Part shown: positions 48,701-60,568 of the stretch, in pieces
Layout: each line of letters starts with the position of its first letter
Position numbering within the stretch: the stretch's first letter is position 1
NCBI GenBank assembly: GCA_047495785.1
Contig: JBLDXI010000023.1
Location: forward strand, 186,001 to 250,000
Length of the DNA stretch: 64,000 nt
DNA from: Lepidodermella squamata
Taxonomy: Eukaryota > Animalia > Gastrotricha
Reading direction: 5' to 3'
Position numbers and translations under genes: made by a program
The notes under the pieces: model-generated
The model's database searches: none
What the model was told of the DNA's origin: nothing
What the model saw: only the letters and a program-made list of their open reading frames with translations

Positions 48701-50316
48701 ACAGCGCCTAACACTGCGCCGCGGACCAGCCACCCCGGCGGCTCGTCGTCGAACCTGCAACAAAACCACCCACCGCCGCCGCAGACCGCCCCGCCAGCCG
48801 CTCAGCATAGTCACAACAACAACAACAACAACGCCGAGTTGTTATCGACGCCTCTCTCGACGGCTGGCTCGATGCAGCAGATGGCGAGCAGCAGCAGCCA
48901 GCAGCAGTTGGCCGAACACGCGTCGACGCAGTCGAGTCTCGTCGCGTCGCCCATCGTCGCCGGCTCGTCGTCGATGCTGCTGCCATCGGCCAAGGTCATT
49001 TTCGAGGTTGGCTCGTCTCGACTCATCAGCAACAACGTCGACTCGCCTGATCACGTCGCCATAGCTGCTGCTGCTATTTCTGTTGCTGCTGCGGCTTCGA
49101 CGTTGGCTAACAATAACAACAACGGCGCCGAGTCTGATTCGTCGCAGAAGAGTTCGTCGAACAAAGCGGCCGGGGCAGCGGGTGGCGGCGGCGGGGCGAA
49201 GAAGGTGTTCCGCGTCAACCAGGTCAAGGACGACCCGCTGAAATCGGGCGCCGGCAATGGCAATGGCCAACCGGATGCTGCTCCAACAAGTGGCACTGGC
49301 AGTGCTTTGCCGAGTTGGCCAAACAGCAGTGCCGAATCAACGCCGGATACCCTAGGTAAACTTCACAAATTATTCACATTTTTTATCGAATTTTAAAGAT
49401 TTATCAAATTAATTTTGTGGAATAAGAAATTATTTAATGATATTATTGCTATTCTCTACAGACCGAAATCGCGATTCAGTCGCTATTTTTCAGGAGTTTT
49501 GCGAATTTTTTATTTCATCGGGATTTTTGGTCCAGACTTGAGGGTTGGGACTTTGTCATCCGACAACCAAAAATTCGATTTTTCTGTAATGCGAAACCTT
49601 TTTATGCACCCTATTTTGGCCCATGAACCGGCAGAATTTTATGGTGAAAGGTTTATGGCGATCTGAGTTGTCACTTTTTTTACTGTAATTTTTTGAAAAT
49701 CTGAGAAAGCAAGTCGGCAGGTTTTAGTCGCATTTTTTGGTTGTCGGATGAAATAAGACATTCTTCAAAATTCAGACTTCTGTTGATGGAATATTCAGAA
49801 AGTTAAGCTGAAATTTGTTGCAATTTATATGGAAAACTTGTAAAAGACATATTTTCTACTCAAGTTGTATCGATTCTTTACATCGATTCTTTATCGATTC
49901 CGTACGGAATTCCAGGAATGATATTAATTAGTGGTATCAGCTACTTGAAGCTTAAATTTCTTGTTCTTGAAGAATCGCCTCGTTGTTAACGAAGCAAGGC
50001 AAGTTTTGCGGTATGTCACGTGATTCTGGCCATATTCAGCAGAATTGCTCAATTCGCATCTCACTTGATTTGGTTTCGTCGCCTCGGCAACAATTTTCGA
50101 CATTATTTATCTTACTTAGACTTGATATTTTAGTAGAGAAAATTTTCGTATATTTCTATTTGTTTCTGATCTTTTTTGAATCGAATTTTTAATTTTTCTC
50201 ATTTTTAATCGATTTTTTTTCTACGAACAGGCGCTCGTCCTGACTATTCCGAGGCAGCTGTGAAAAACGCGAATAAGCAATTCACGCAGCCGCAACAGCA
50301 ACAGCAGCAGCAATAA
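33701..50316 (+). CDS. WNK: WNK (with-no-lysine) serine/threonine kinase with a long Q/S/P/A-rich tail; 11 exons
   Basis: Exons 33701-35005, 37346-37912, 38902-39297, 39945-40618, 41807-42404, 43060-43791, about 44834-45577, 46747-47118, 47375-47975, 48342-49355 and 50231-50316 are phase-compatible. WNK signatures: [56 protein letters not shown], and the autoinhibitory ENEAIQFAF. Confidence 0.93.
49556..49751. mobile_element. Small TIR element (MITE-like) in the last WNK intron
   Basis: TCATCCGACAACCAAAAA at the left end and TTTTTGGTTGTCGGATGA at the right end form an 18-bp perfect inverted repeat. Confidence 0.65.
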
Positions 50317-51964
50317 TCATCGTTTTTGTTTTCGACTCGTCCGTCGCTGAAACTTGCCTTGAGACTGATGTTTTCGACTCGGTTTTTCGCGTCTCCTCCT
50401 GCTACGTCGCAGTCGTAATTGTTCGCCGCTCGTCTGCTTTTCACCATGGTGTCTTAACACTTGATGTCTTTGCTTATCTTTTTTAAACTCGACGACTCGG
50501 CGTTTTTTCTCGATTTTTCTGCCTGCGTTGCCATAGAAATCGAGAATAATTCGTGTAAATATTAATTATGTTTTGAAAAGATGGAAAATATCGCATTCAG
50601 CTGCTTCCTCGACCGCCTTGATGATGATAAAATATTATTATTATTATTATAAACTAATACTATTGCGAGAAAATGCGATGATGAATTTATTGAAAATTTA
50701 CTATCTAAAATATTATTGTATAACGCGACTCGACGACAATGGGTGACTCGAGCCAAGAATAAAAAATACAACACCTGAACTGCGATATGAAACACAAACA
50801 AATCTTTTCATGCTGTAAATATCAATGATAATTATACGATTATATTAGCGACTGTAATGTATGTAAATATCAGCAGCATCATCATCATCATCATTTTTGA
50901 TACTACCTGCGCGAGTAAAGAATAAAACAACAACACGGCTTCAACTGCATAGTATTATATCGTGTCAGTTTTTTTGCGTCTTCGAAACACCCGTGAGAGT
51001 AAAATAAAAGCAGAAAGTTGCGCCAGTTTCGGGATGAACAGCCAACACTTGTTTTGTTTCCAGCTTTCACATCAAGAAAATAAACTGATTTTCTCGAAAA
51101 ATTCTCCCGAAATAATGCAAAAGTTTCTGCGATGTTCTTTACGTATATGTATGTTTCATCGTTAAATTTCTAGAATGATGTGCGTTTGTTAATATTATTA
51201 TAATTGATTGAATTAGCTATCAAACTGCGATATTATTGCTATAATGTGTATAATATGTGAAAATGATGCGGTGACGACGGTTCGTCCCGCGTTCGCAACA
51301 GGCGAAGAAAAAATTGACTAAAATTCGATGCATTGGACATCATGAATAAAAACGAAAAAAAGCTGGCCTCATCCTCGCTGTTTTGACTTTCACTGTTCAG
51401 GCCGTTCTGAAAGCATTGGTAACGGAATTCACTACATAAATCCGGAATCCGGCGTACATCATATAGAGCCTTGCTCGTGCTGGGCGTTAGAGCTCGTAAA
51501 ACGGATCAAAAGGATACGTTTCGGTCTGCTTCATGTCATTTCAGAGATGATCACTGGAAACTTCTTAGGCCTAGCGCGATCTCCAACTGGTCCCAACTTT
51601 TCTCGCCCGTCCACCAAGTCCCACAATAAAGTTTGAAAATTCAACAAAACGATTCATCAATAAATCCTAAATAATTCCAGCTACATTTGACCTTGAATAA
51701 AAAGTTGATTCTGCTAAACATCGAGAACTATTTAGGTATTTTCCAGCCTTCATCATTTACGTAGCAGCATCTGCACTGGTACATACCTTATACGGAAGAT
51801 GTTCCCATCAATATTTTATTGAAAAATTCGGGGTATGTGTCTTTCCTTTTTATTAATTACTGATCCTTCATTATCTCAGGGTGATCAGGCTTCTCTTATC
51901 AAGATGTACCCTTTTATCTCCACTCTTTTGCTCACTCAGGATGAGTTTCCCCACGTCTCACAGC

Positions 51965-52355
51965 TTAATCCAGAAACCCCTCGCTGGCCTGGGAATCTCC
52001 GGCGGCTCCACGCCTCCTCGCCTCATCCAGGGTTCCAGTGGCGAACACGGAATCTCCAACAAAACCTGCGCTGCGATCCCTTCTCGCTTCATCTAGGGTT
52101 CCAGTGCCGCCCTGGGCAACTATGATAAAAGCTTCGTTACCGTCCCTTCTCGCTTCATCTAGAGAGCCAGTGGCGTACACGGAATCTCCGATTGAAGCTG
52201 AGCTGCTATACCTTTTCGCCTCGTTCAAGGCCAGGGGCACACATTCGACAAGTGCCACCAAGACGGCCTGTTAAAAATCAAAGCTTACTCGATTTACAGT
52301 CATTGGTTTATTTTCATCTTACCATCAGACATAGGGCGTGGAAAAAGTCTGACAT
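51965..52355 (-). CDS. Secreted multi-peptide precursor (neuropeptide-prohormone-like), 111 aa, 2 exons
   Basis: Exon 52323-52355 (MSDFFHALCLM), a 55-nt GTAAG..TTTTAACAG intron, and exon 51965-52267 give signal peptide MSDFFHALCLMAVLVALVEC followed by KR/RR-delimited repeats. AATAAA is on the minus strand at 51849-51854. Confidence 0.8.
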
Positions 52356-52356
52356 A

Positions 52357-52529
52357 ATATCGTTCGTGGCGCGGAAGAACCCGCACTTCGATGATTTTTT
52401 GCCCTGACTGTACCCCGCGAGTACAGCATAACGCGCAGTATTGCATATAGTATCCAAGGCTGTACTCGCGGGGTACAGTCAGGGCAAAAAATCATCGAAG
52501 TGCGGGTTCTTCCGCGCCACGAACGATAT
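52357..52529. repeat. Perfect foldback: 71-bp arms, 31-nt spacer
   Basis: 52357-52427 is the reverse complement of 52459-52529. Confidence 0.95.
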
Positions 52530-54100
52530 GTTGGCTTGAATGTGAATAAATATATTTTGCTCGTAAAATTCAGTTTTCAAACACAAAGAATGATCGTATA
52601 GCTAAGGCATTCTCACCGAAAAATACTTTCCTGTTCTCGTGCCAGCTTAGCAAACACTCGCCGGGGTAGTGGGCCGCCAATTGAAAACCCTAGGTGACGC
52701 AATATTGCTGACGCAAGATACCAACGCCTGATTCAACAGCGAAATAAACTTCATCCCTAATTATATTAATATATTATATTAAGAAACGTTGAGAATTATG
52801 GAATGATTGAAATTACGTTCGATTTATGAGACGAATCGGGGGAATCAGTAGAAATTTTAAAGACCGGCGAGGACAATTAGCCGCAGGTGAAAAATAGCCC
52901 GCCGCAAAATTGAGGAGTCGCTTTAAAACAAATTCGAACCCACAGATCATACGAAAAACAGAACTGATGGTAAATTTCCCCCTTAAATTGGTTTATATAA
53001 ATCACGATAGCCGCCATTCAACTCCTGTCACTTGCGCCCGACAATTGAGCCGATTGACAATTGAGTGCTTGTCACTGTTTTTCCGTGACCGTTACCTTTG
53101 TTTTTACGAGGTAATTTTACATTGTAACTAGCCGGGCTAATTTCTTCCATTTTATCGCACTAGGCCCCAGCATACAATCATGAACCGGGGTGCAGGGTGT
53201 CGCACCGACTCCCTTAAACCGGCTGGGTTTCTGTTTACATCACCGACGGACAGGCGCCGCCGATCAGCACAATTTTAGCAACAACGCTCTTTTTCTCGGC
53301 TATAATTACGATGAATGTTAATGTTAGTGAAAATGTTGTGAAATTTTATAATATACCTAATAAAAGCAATCAATTCAGAATTCCAATCAGATCAATCCAC
53401 CTTTGATTTTGAATTTTGAAATATTTCTCTTAATTTTCTTTGATATTTTCGTAACTTTTATTCATTCGCCGAGAATAACTGCCGCCACAAAGACCGTGCA
53501 CGGCGGCTCGGGCGTACAATCATCGAGGTCTCGATCGAACTGACATTGATGCTGATACGCAACAATTTCGCGTTCATAGTTTTCAAATTCGGTAACCGCT
53601 CACGAATTCCTGAGAACTCACTTCCAACAATTAAGCAAGTCATCTCAAGATATACCTCGTCGTTACGTCACATGGCGGCGTGCTTGTCTCTGCAAGTTGC
53701 GCGACAAGCCGCGCTTCCGCAACGCGAGTCCGGCGAGAGCTGATTAATTACCGCACGCGCACGTCGCTTTTCGCGCACCGATCTCCGCAAATTGGGTCAT
53801 CGCGCAATTATTATTAGTACACCTGCGCGAGAGGCGCCGCTAATTGCGCGGCTTCTGTGCGCATCATTATTGCGATATGATGAGGTCATAAAAACGCACA
53901 CGCCGATTTCGGGTCACTTTCATTACTTTTCTTTCGCCATTTAGACCACAACATTATTAGTATTGCATCAGCTTTGTTTAACACGCGGTTTAGTTTTATT
54001 GCGGTGAACATTTGTATCAATTTTGTCACTGATTTCTTACTTTCTTTTTTAGTGATTTTTCTGTTATTTGATTGATTTTTCGAGCTAATTTGATTTACGA

Positions 54101-57100
54101 ATGCCGTCTTCCTACGATTTCCCACCTGGTAACAATATTTTCAGTGAAAAATAGTCTAGACTATAGATAGTCATCGCTTTTCTCAGGTACAGTATCGGCG
54201 AAGTTGCGCCATTTTCTGCCCGGCGATTTGAACCCGATGCAACGTGAAGTCGTCTCCAACGTAAGGCGAAATTTGTCATTTTTCCCATGCGATTTCAACA
54301 CGTTCTATTCCGTTATAATAGATGTTGTTCTCAGATAAAAATTTCGTTCTCGCGTCGCCGACCGGCAGTGGCAAAACTGCGGCCATGGAAATGGCCATCG
54401 TCCGTCTGCTCGAACGCCAGTCCCTCAACGCGCCCAAGCCGTGGATCGTCTACTGTAAGCAATTTACTTTTCCATTCAAGTATTTGCAAATGTTTAACCC
54501 AAGCTAACTCTGGCTTACTTACCCAGTTATCGTTTCCGGAAATTCGGCATTCAACAGATTTTTGAAAATTTTGAAAATTTGAAAATATTTTTTGCGATTT
54601 TTGAATTTTTTTGAATTTTAAAATGTTTCTTTTCAGCGTTTTACTGACTTTTTTGCAGAATTGTAAATATTTTCAAAATTCCTATTGCTCCTTTTTTACT
54701 GAGAAATTGTTAAGCCACGAAAGATTTCCGTTCAACATCGCCCTTTTGTCCCTCTTTTCAACCTCTTTGTTTGTATGATGGATTCAGTATTATTTCACAT
54801 TTTTTCGACCCGCAGTTGGTTCGATGAAATCGCTGTGTCAGGAGCGCATCTCCGACTGGGAGACTAAATTCGCGGCCGCGCAGCTTCGAGCCGTGAAACT
54901 GACTGGCGAAGATGGGACGAGCGCGTTCTACCAGCAGCCGCAACCGTTACCACCCGCTGTTGAAAACGACGACGAGGACGAAGGCGACGAAGAAGAAGAC
55001 GACGAAGCCGAGTTGGGCGAAGAAGACGTGCTGCAGTCGACGGCGGCTAGTGACGAGGCGAGTGTTCTGCAGTCGGCGCATTTAATCTGCACAACCCCGG
55101 AGAAATGGGATTTCCTGTTGAGGAAGTTCGGCTGGCTCTACTCGCGGGTGAAGCTGGTGCTCGTCGACGAGTGTCATTCGATCGGCGACAAGACACGCGG
55201 CGCATCTCTCGAGGCAATCGTCACTCGCATGCTCGTGTAAGCCATCAATTTGATTTTTGAAATTCTTGAAATCAAATTTTTAAAATTTGAATTTTTTTAA
55301 ATTTCATGTTTGCTTATAATTTTGTATTTTAAAATTTTATTTGCCAAATAATATTTTTAAATTTTAAATTTAAATTTTGAAGATTGGAAAAATTCAATGT
55401 TTGAATTTTTATAAAAAATATTGTAAAGTCCTGGGAAAAATTATCCGTCTTTTTTACAATTCTAAACAATTTGTTATCAAATTTTTTTTAATATTAGAAA
55501 ATGCCCGTCCTCGTCGTGTCGCTTCATTGCCGTCTCGGCGACGGCTCCGAACGCGGCTGATTTCGCGAGATGGCTGGAAGTCAACCCGCTCGACGGCAAT
55601 CACGCCAACCATGCGCAGATCTTCGGCAACGAGTACCGTCCGGTGCCGCTGGAAAACGTCGTTAAAACGTATTCGCCCAACTACCCGAAAATTCTCGACT
55701 TCGAAGTTCAAGTCCTCGATAGGGACCTGCCGAACGTTATCAACGTAAGTGCCAATTATTCTCGATTAAATATTCAAAAAAAATCAGAATTAAAAATTTG
55801 AATTTCTTTTATAATTTTTATAAATTTCTAAAAAGATGTTTGCATTTTCCCAGCGATACGCCGACAAGAAGCCGACGCTTGTATTTTGTGCTTTCAAGCG
55901 GTGCACTTCGGAATCGGCGGAGCGCATCGCCACCGCGGCCAACCGGCGCCGACTGGGCCTCACCGCTGAGTCGGCTGAGCTCAAGGCAGTCGCAGCGAAA
56001 TCGATCCAGGATCCGGTACTGCGTGGCGTTCTGCCGTATGGAATCGCCTTCCATCACGCGTCCCTGACCGACAAGGACAAGCGTACCGTCGAACAGCTGT
56101 TCAAGCAGCGCAAAATTTTCATCCTATGTAAGATCATTTTTCATTATTTAAATATTTTATTGGAATATTTAGTATAGCCATAAAAAAATCACTCATAATC
56201 AGAATCTTTGCAATTTTTATCGTAGAAGGGCAAAATTAAAAAAAATCCGAAAACATTATTCCGAAAGGTATTTTGAATTTTTCGATTTTTCTCCGCTTTG
56301 GTTCCGCAAAATGAGATTTTTTCAAATAATTTCACTTTACATTTTTTTTATAATTTTTTCTAAGTTGCAACTTCGACGCTTGCGGTCGGCGTGAATCTGC
56401 CCGCTCACCTGGTCATCATCAAGCCGCCGCGTCAATTCTCATCCGAGACGAAGAACGTCGAAGAACTCTCGCCAATCACAGTCGTTCAAATGATGGGCAG
56501 AGCCGGGCGGCCTGGCCTCGATGACACCGGTGTCGCCGTCATCATGACGAATTTAGAAACCAAGGCGCACTACGAAACCATCATGCGAAACGGCGCCCGA
56601 ATCGACTCGGCCCTGCATATCCGATTCACGGAGCGATTTCTGACCGAAATCGTCTCATCAAGCTTCGACTCAGCCGATTCCGCAAAATGCTGGATCGATC
56701 GCTCATTTCTATCGATCGGATTCCAGACAAATCGATCGTACTACAAATCGAATTTTCAGAAATTCGAAGATTTCGCCAATCACCTGATCGCGACGGCTAT
56801 CGATAAGCTGCTCGCGGCCGAAATGATTACGAAAATCGATGAGCATCGCTTCGTGCCGACGATTGCTGGCCAAATTATGGCTCGACTCAACATCGCCCTC
56901 GAGACAATGGTCGCTGTTGTTAAATTCCTTGAAAATCCGAAGAAAGATTTCAGTCTCGAATCGCTGATCGATTTCGCCTCGAAGCAGGTCGAAGTGACGA
57001 GCGGCGCCTACGTCAGCGGCGGCGATCAGCCAGACGAAATTCGCTACCTGGCGAGGCGATTAGGCATCGCGCTTCCCAGCTACTTCGCTGTCGCGGACAA

Positions 57101-59737
57101 AATCCGTGTGGTTACGCGGGCCGAGTTGGCTGAGATGGGCATGTCCGGCGAACTGGCGAGCAATGCCACGTACTACCGTCGCGGCATTGTCCGAGTAGTC
57201 GGTTAGTTTTTCAATTTTTTTCAAATTTTTAGCTGCACTAACATTTAAAAGGGCAAACATAGCGGTAATTTTTAATTAAATTTTGATTAATTGTGAATCA
57301 ATTTTTTGAAATTTTTTGAAATTTTGAAATTTAACTTTTAATTTAAATTTAAATTTTGCTTCAATTTTTCAATTTATTTTCATTTGGAGCCATGTGATCG
57401 AAAAGAGTGTTTTTATGAAATCTTATTCTCAGTAAATTTATTAAATTAATATTTTTCCGGGTGTGATCGAAAGGAAATTTGCCCCAATTTTTATTAAATT
57501 TATCTGATTTTGAGAAAACCTGAAAATTATTGCTGTTGCGTAACAAGTGAAAATATTGCGAAACACAGATGTAGGTGTCAGGTGTCATTCTTAATTTCAT
57601 TCTCAATATTGAAAAATGAAGGCGACTTCAAGTTCCTTGACGAAACTTGAATTTTTCAGCCTTCTTATTCAACATTTCGAAAATAAATTCAATTTCAAGG
57701 TTCTCCAAGTTATAGCCTTATTTCGTGCTCTAGAACTTGAAACTATAATCGTAGTCTCAATTTTCGCTTCGCGTTGATCGGTTGATCGGTTCGCGATGGG
57801 AAACAGAATGATAATAACGAGAAGAAGGGCAAGAGAGAAAGGGGCAAGAATTACACAAGAAATTAAAATTGTAATTCGATATCTTGGTATGAACCTCATG
57901 CGACTCCGGGAATCCATGTTTGGTGTCCCTCATAACGCATCTGAGTGATCCTTTGAGCGAAGTTCAGCGTCGATCCCAGGCCACGTTCGAATTGTCATCG
58001 AATGTCTTTTTGGTATACTCAAAGGTTGCTTCAGAGTCATTCGCGATGATGACAACAAATTTCGACTCCGCTACACATGTATTCTGTGTGCCCGTTGCGT
58101 GCTTCATAATATTGCAACATCGCGAAACGAGCGTGTTGATGAAAACTGGCTACCTCAAGAGAAAGAAGGCTCACATAGTTTTTCCCACTTATCTAGCGCT
58201 TAAGGGTAGTGCAGTAGGCTTTGCTCGTCGGGGTCAACTAGTCGAAATTTTCGATGAAATTTTGACGAAATTTATAAAAATCAAGCTCGACTTCAATAAA
58301 CTTGATATGAAGACGAACATCACAAGTGCCTGCTCAAACTTAGCGCGGCTCGAAGGAGAAAGTGTCTGGACAGGAATTGGCGATGTTTGTAGCCCTGTTG
58401 CGTAATCGATTTTGGGCAAAAATATATTAATTTTAAGGAATTTCGCCAAAAATCAAATAAAATCTATGTCCTGCAGGACATAGATTTTATTTGATTTTTG
58501 CCAGATTTTGTCGTTTTCAGCCAAATTTTATTAAAATTTGACAATAAATTGTCATAAATGAGGTCAAACAGGAAATTTAAATACATTTTGATAAATTTGA
58601 CGCCGATCTGGCTCAAAAATTATCGAATCTTAAATATTAAATAAAAATTTACCGAAAAACGGTAAAATTTAAATATTTTTTAGCTCAAAACGACAAAATA
58701 TATTTAATTTCAGCTTTTTATAAAAACATTTACTTCGATCACATGGCTGTTGTTCATTTAAATTTAAATTGTTCATTTTCTCAATTTATTCATATTGGTA
58801 ATTTGAAATTTAAATTTGAATTTTGTGAGGTTTCAAAATTTCAAAATAAAATTTTAAATTTCATTTTTAAGATTTTTTATTTAGTATGAATATTTTTTAA
58901 ATTTGAATGTCTTTAATTAGTTGTTCATATTTGTTTGATTTTTCGACAACAGGCTGTTTGATTGCGTTGGTCGAAGCGAAGGTCGACGAGAATCCGATCG
59001 ATTACTTGAATTACGTTAGGCTAATCACCGCTCAGCAGACCCTTCGCAGTGGCATCTCGCCGAATTCGCGACTCATCTCGAAACAGCTGTACGGCGTGGG
59101 CGCGGCTCGGTCTCAAAAACTAGCGGCTCAGGGCCTAACAACCTTCGATAGCATTGCGGCAAATGACGCCGTAACCATCGGCAGGATTTGCTCGGCCGGC
59201 ACCCGGATCGGCGCGCGTGTGCGAAAAGATGCGGCAGCGCAGCCGCGTTACCAATTGAACGTCGACGGGCCGATGATGGCGGGCTGCAGAGTAAACGTGG
59301 CCATTAAGCTGGTGAATGCGCCTCTGGTGGCGCGAAACGGCCGCGCCTTGCTACAGTCCTGTTACCTCTTAATTGGTTAGTTGCCGAATTAAAATGATTC
59401 AGAAAATAACTAGAATTTGCACGGTTAAACTTAAGGTTTCGACTAATGGTGCTTAATTAATATTGTTTCTTGTTATGTATCAGGCTGTGGCGAAGAATTG
59501 CTTGCCCGCAAAGTCATTCGCAACGCGGATTTTTTCCGAAACAATCGCCGGTGCGGGACATTGGGCGTTACCATTTCTACTCAGACTGGTGCCTCATGTC
59601 TTCGCATCAACCTGATCAACGTCGACGTAGTCGGCTGTGACACGGCTTTCACGCGAACCATTTCTCCTTGCAATTTTACTGATGCATCGTCCAGCGAATC
59701 ACCGACGAAAAGGATTAAACGGGAAAATCGTAACTAG
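54101..59737 (+). CDS. HFM1: Ski2-like DExH helicase, HFM1/MER3 (meiotic); 9 exons
   Basis: Exons 54101-54128, 54187-54260, 54322-54454, 54816-55236, 55498-55744, 55854-56127, 56365-57201, 58953-59375 and 59484-59737. Motifs: LNPMQ, SDKNFVLASPTGSGKTAAMEMAI, KSLCQERISDW, TTPEKWD, VDECH..RGASLEAIVTRM, RFIAVSAT, RPVPL, GIAFHHA, TSTLAVGVNLPAHLVIIK, QMMGRAGRP, and Sec63-like KQLYGVG. There is a single helicase cassette, unlike Brr2/ASCC3. Confidence 0.85.
57388..58748. mobile_element. Putative TIR-bounded insertion in HFM1 intron 7
   Basis: AGCCATGTGATCGAA..TGTTTTTAT at the left end and ATAAAAACA..TTCGATCACATGGCT at the right end. No clear target-site duplication and no recognisable transposase. 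Confidence 0.55.
58447..58500. repeat. Perfect spacerless 54-bp palindrome
   Basis: CAAAAATCAAATAAAATCTATGTCCTG|CAGGACATAGATTTTATTTGATTTTTG. Confidence 0.95.
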
Positions 59738-60076
59738 GATCAATTTCGTGACTCGCTGTCCGTACCTTCCGCACCGATATCAGATTGAAATCTTCGTGTG
59801 TCAAAAATCTTCATCCTTATGTTATCATTTATGTTATCTCAATAAATCGTGTGCATTCGAAAATTCAAACTCATCAATAAATCGAAGATCGATCGGAAAA
59901 TAATATTTGTGTAATCAATGATTGTTGTTCGCACTTCAGCGCTGTTGTACATTTTGTTATAAAGTTGATTTTGAAACAAATAAAATTCAGTTAACATTTT
60001 AAAATTTCATCAACGATTTTCTGAGTTACCTTCATCGTGTTTTCATCAGAGATGACGATCAACCAAGTCCGCACAA

Positions 60077-60158
60077 GTCGCTATGCCCGAGTGGTTAAGG
60101 GGTCTGACTAGAAATCAGATGCGGTCTCCGCGCGTAGGTTCAAATCCTACTGGCGACG
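60077..60158 (+). tRNA. tRNA-Ser(AGA)
   Basis: Cloverleaf with long variable arm; anticodon arm TCTGA-CTAGAAA-TCAGA; T-run downstream. Confidence 0.92.
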
Positions 60159-60233
60159 ACAGTTATTTTTGCATTATAACGACTGAAACTCAGTTCTGCA
60201 GTTAGCCTCCAGAACAGTCCTCGCTTTCATCAG

Positions 60234-60305
60234 GCGTCAGTGGTGTAACGGTCAGCATGGTTGCCTTCCAAGCAGCCGATCCGGGTTCGACTCCCGGCTG
60301 ACGCA
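60234..60305 (+). tRNA. tRNA-Gly(TCC)
   Basis: Acceptor GCGTCAG/CTGACGC, loop CTTCCAA, GGTTCGACT. Confidence 0.93.
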
Positions 60306-60395
60306 CACGTTTTTAGCTCACACGTTTGAGAGCAGCAAACGCATTGCTAGTGACGAGATTATGAAGCTGTCCTTTCCCAAAACCAGCGTTCGAGA

Positions 60396-60467
60396 GGTCC
60401 CATGGTGTAGCGGTTAGCACTCTGGACTCTGAATCCAGCGACTCGAGTTCGATTCTCGATGGGACCT
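60396..60467 (+). tRNA. tRNA-Gln(CTG)
   Basis: Acceptor GGTCCCA/TGGGACC; CTGGA-CTCTGAA-TCCAG. Confidence 0.93.
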
Positions 60468-60568
60468 TGGCATGTTTTTTCAAACAAAATTAGCTCACTC
60501 TCAACTGCTGGAAACTTGCGAGGATCATAATTTTTGTTACCATTCAAACCTTTTGTTTCACTAGCCTA

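Noticed and set aside
37250-49296. Many Leu-, Arg- or Cys-rich alternative-frame and antisense ORFs
   Set aside because: They are shadows of the GC-rich, CAG/TCG-repetitive WNK exons.
52011-52235. 66-bp periodic repeat with variable intervening sequence read as a CRISPR-like array
   Set aside because: The period is exactly 22 codons within a spliced ORF that has a signal peptide, the context is eukaryotic, and no cas genes are present.
1384-52355. Idea that the secreted peptides are ligands of the two GPCRs in this window
   Set aside because: They are more than 40 kb apart, class C flytrap domains typically bind small molecules, and nothing in the sequence links them.
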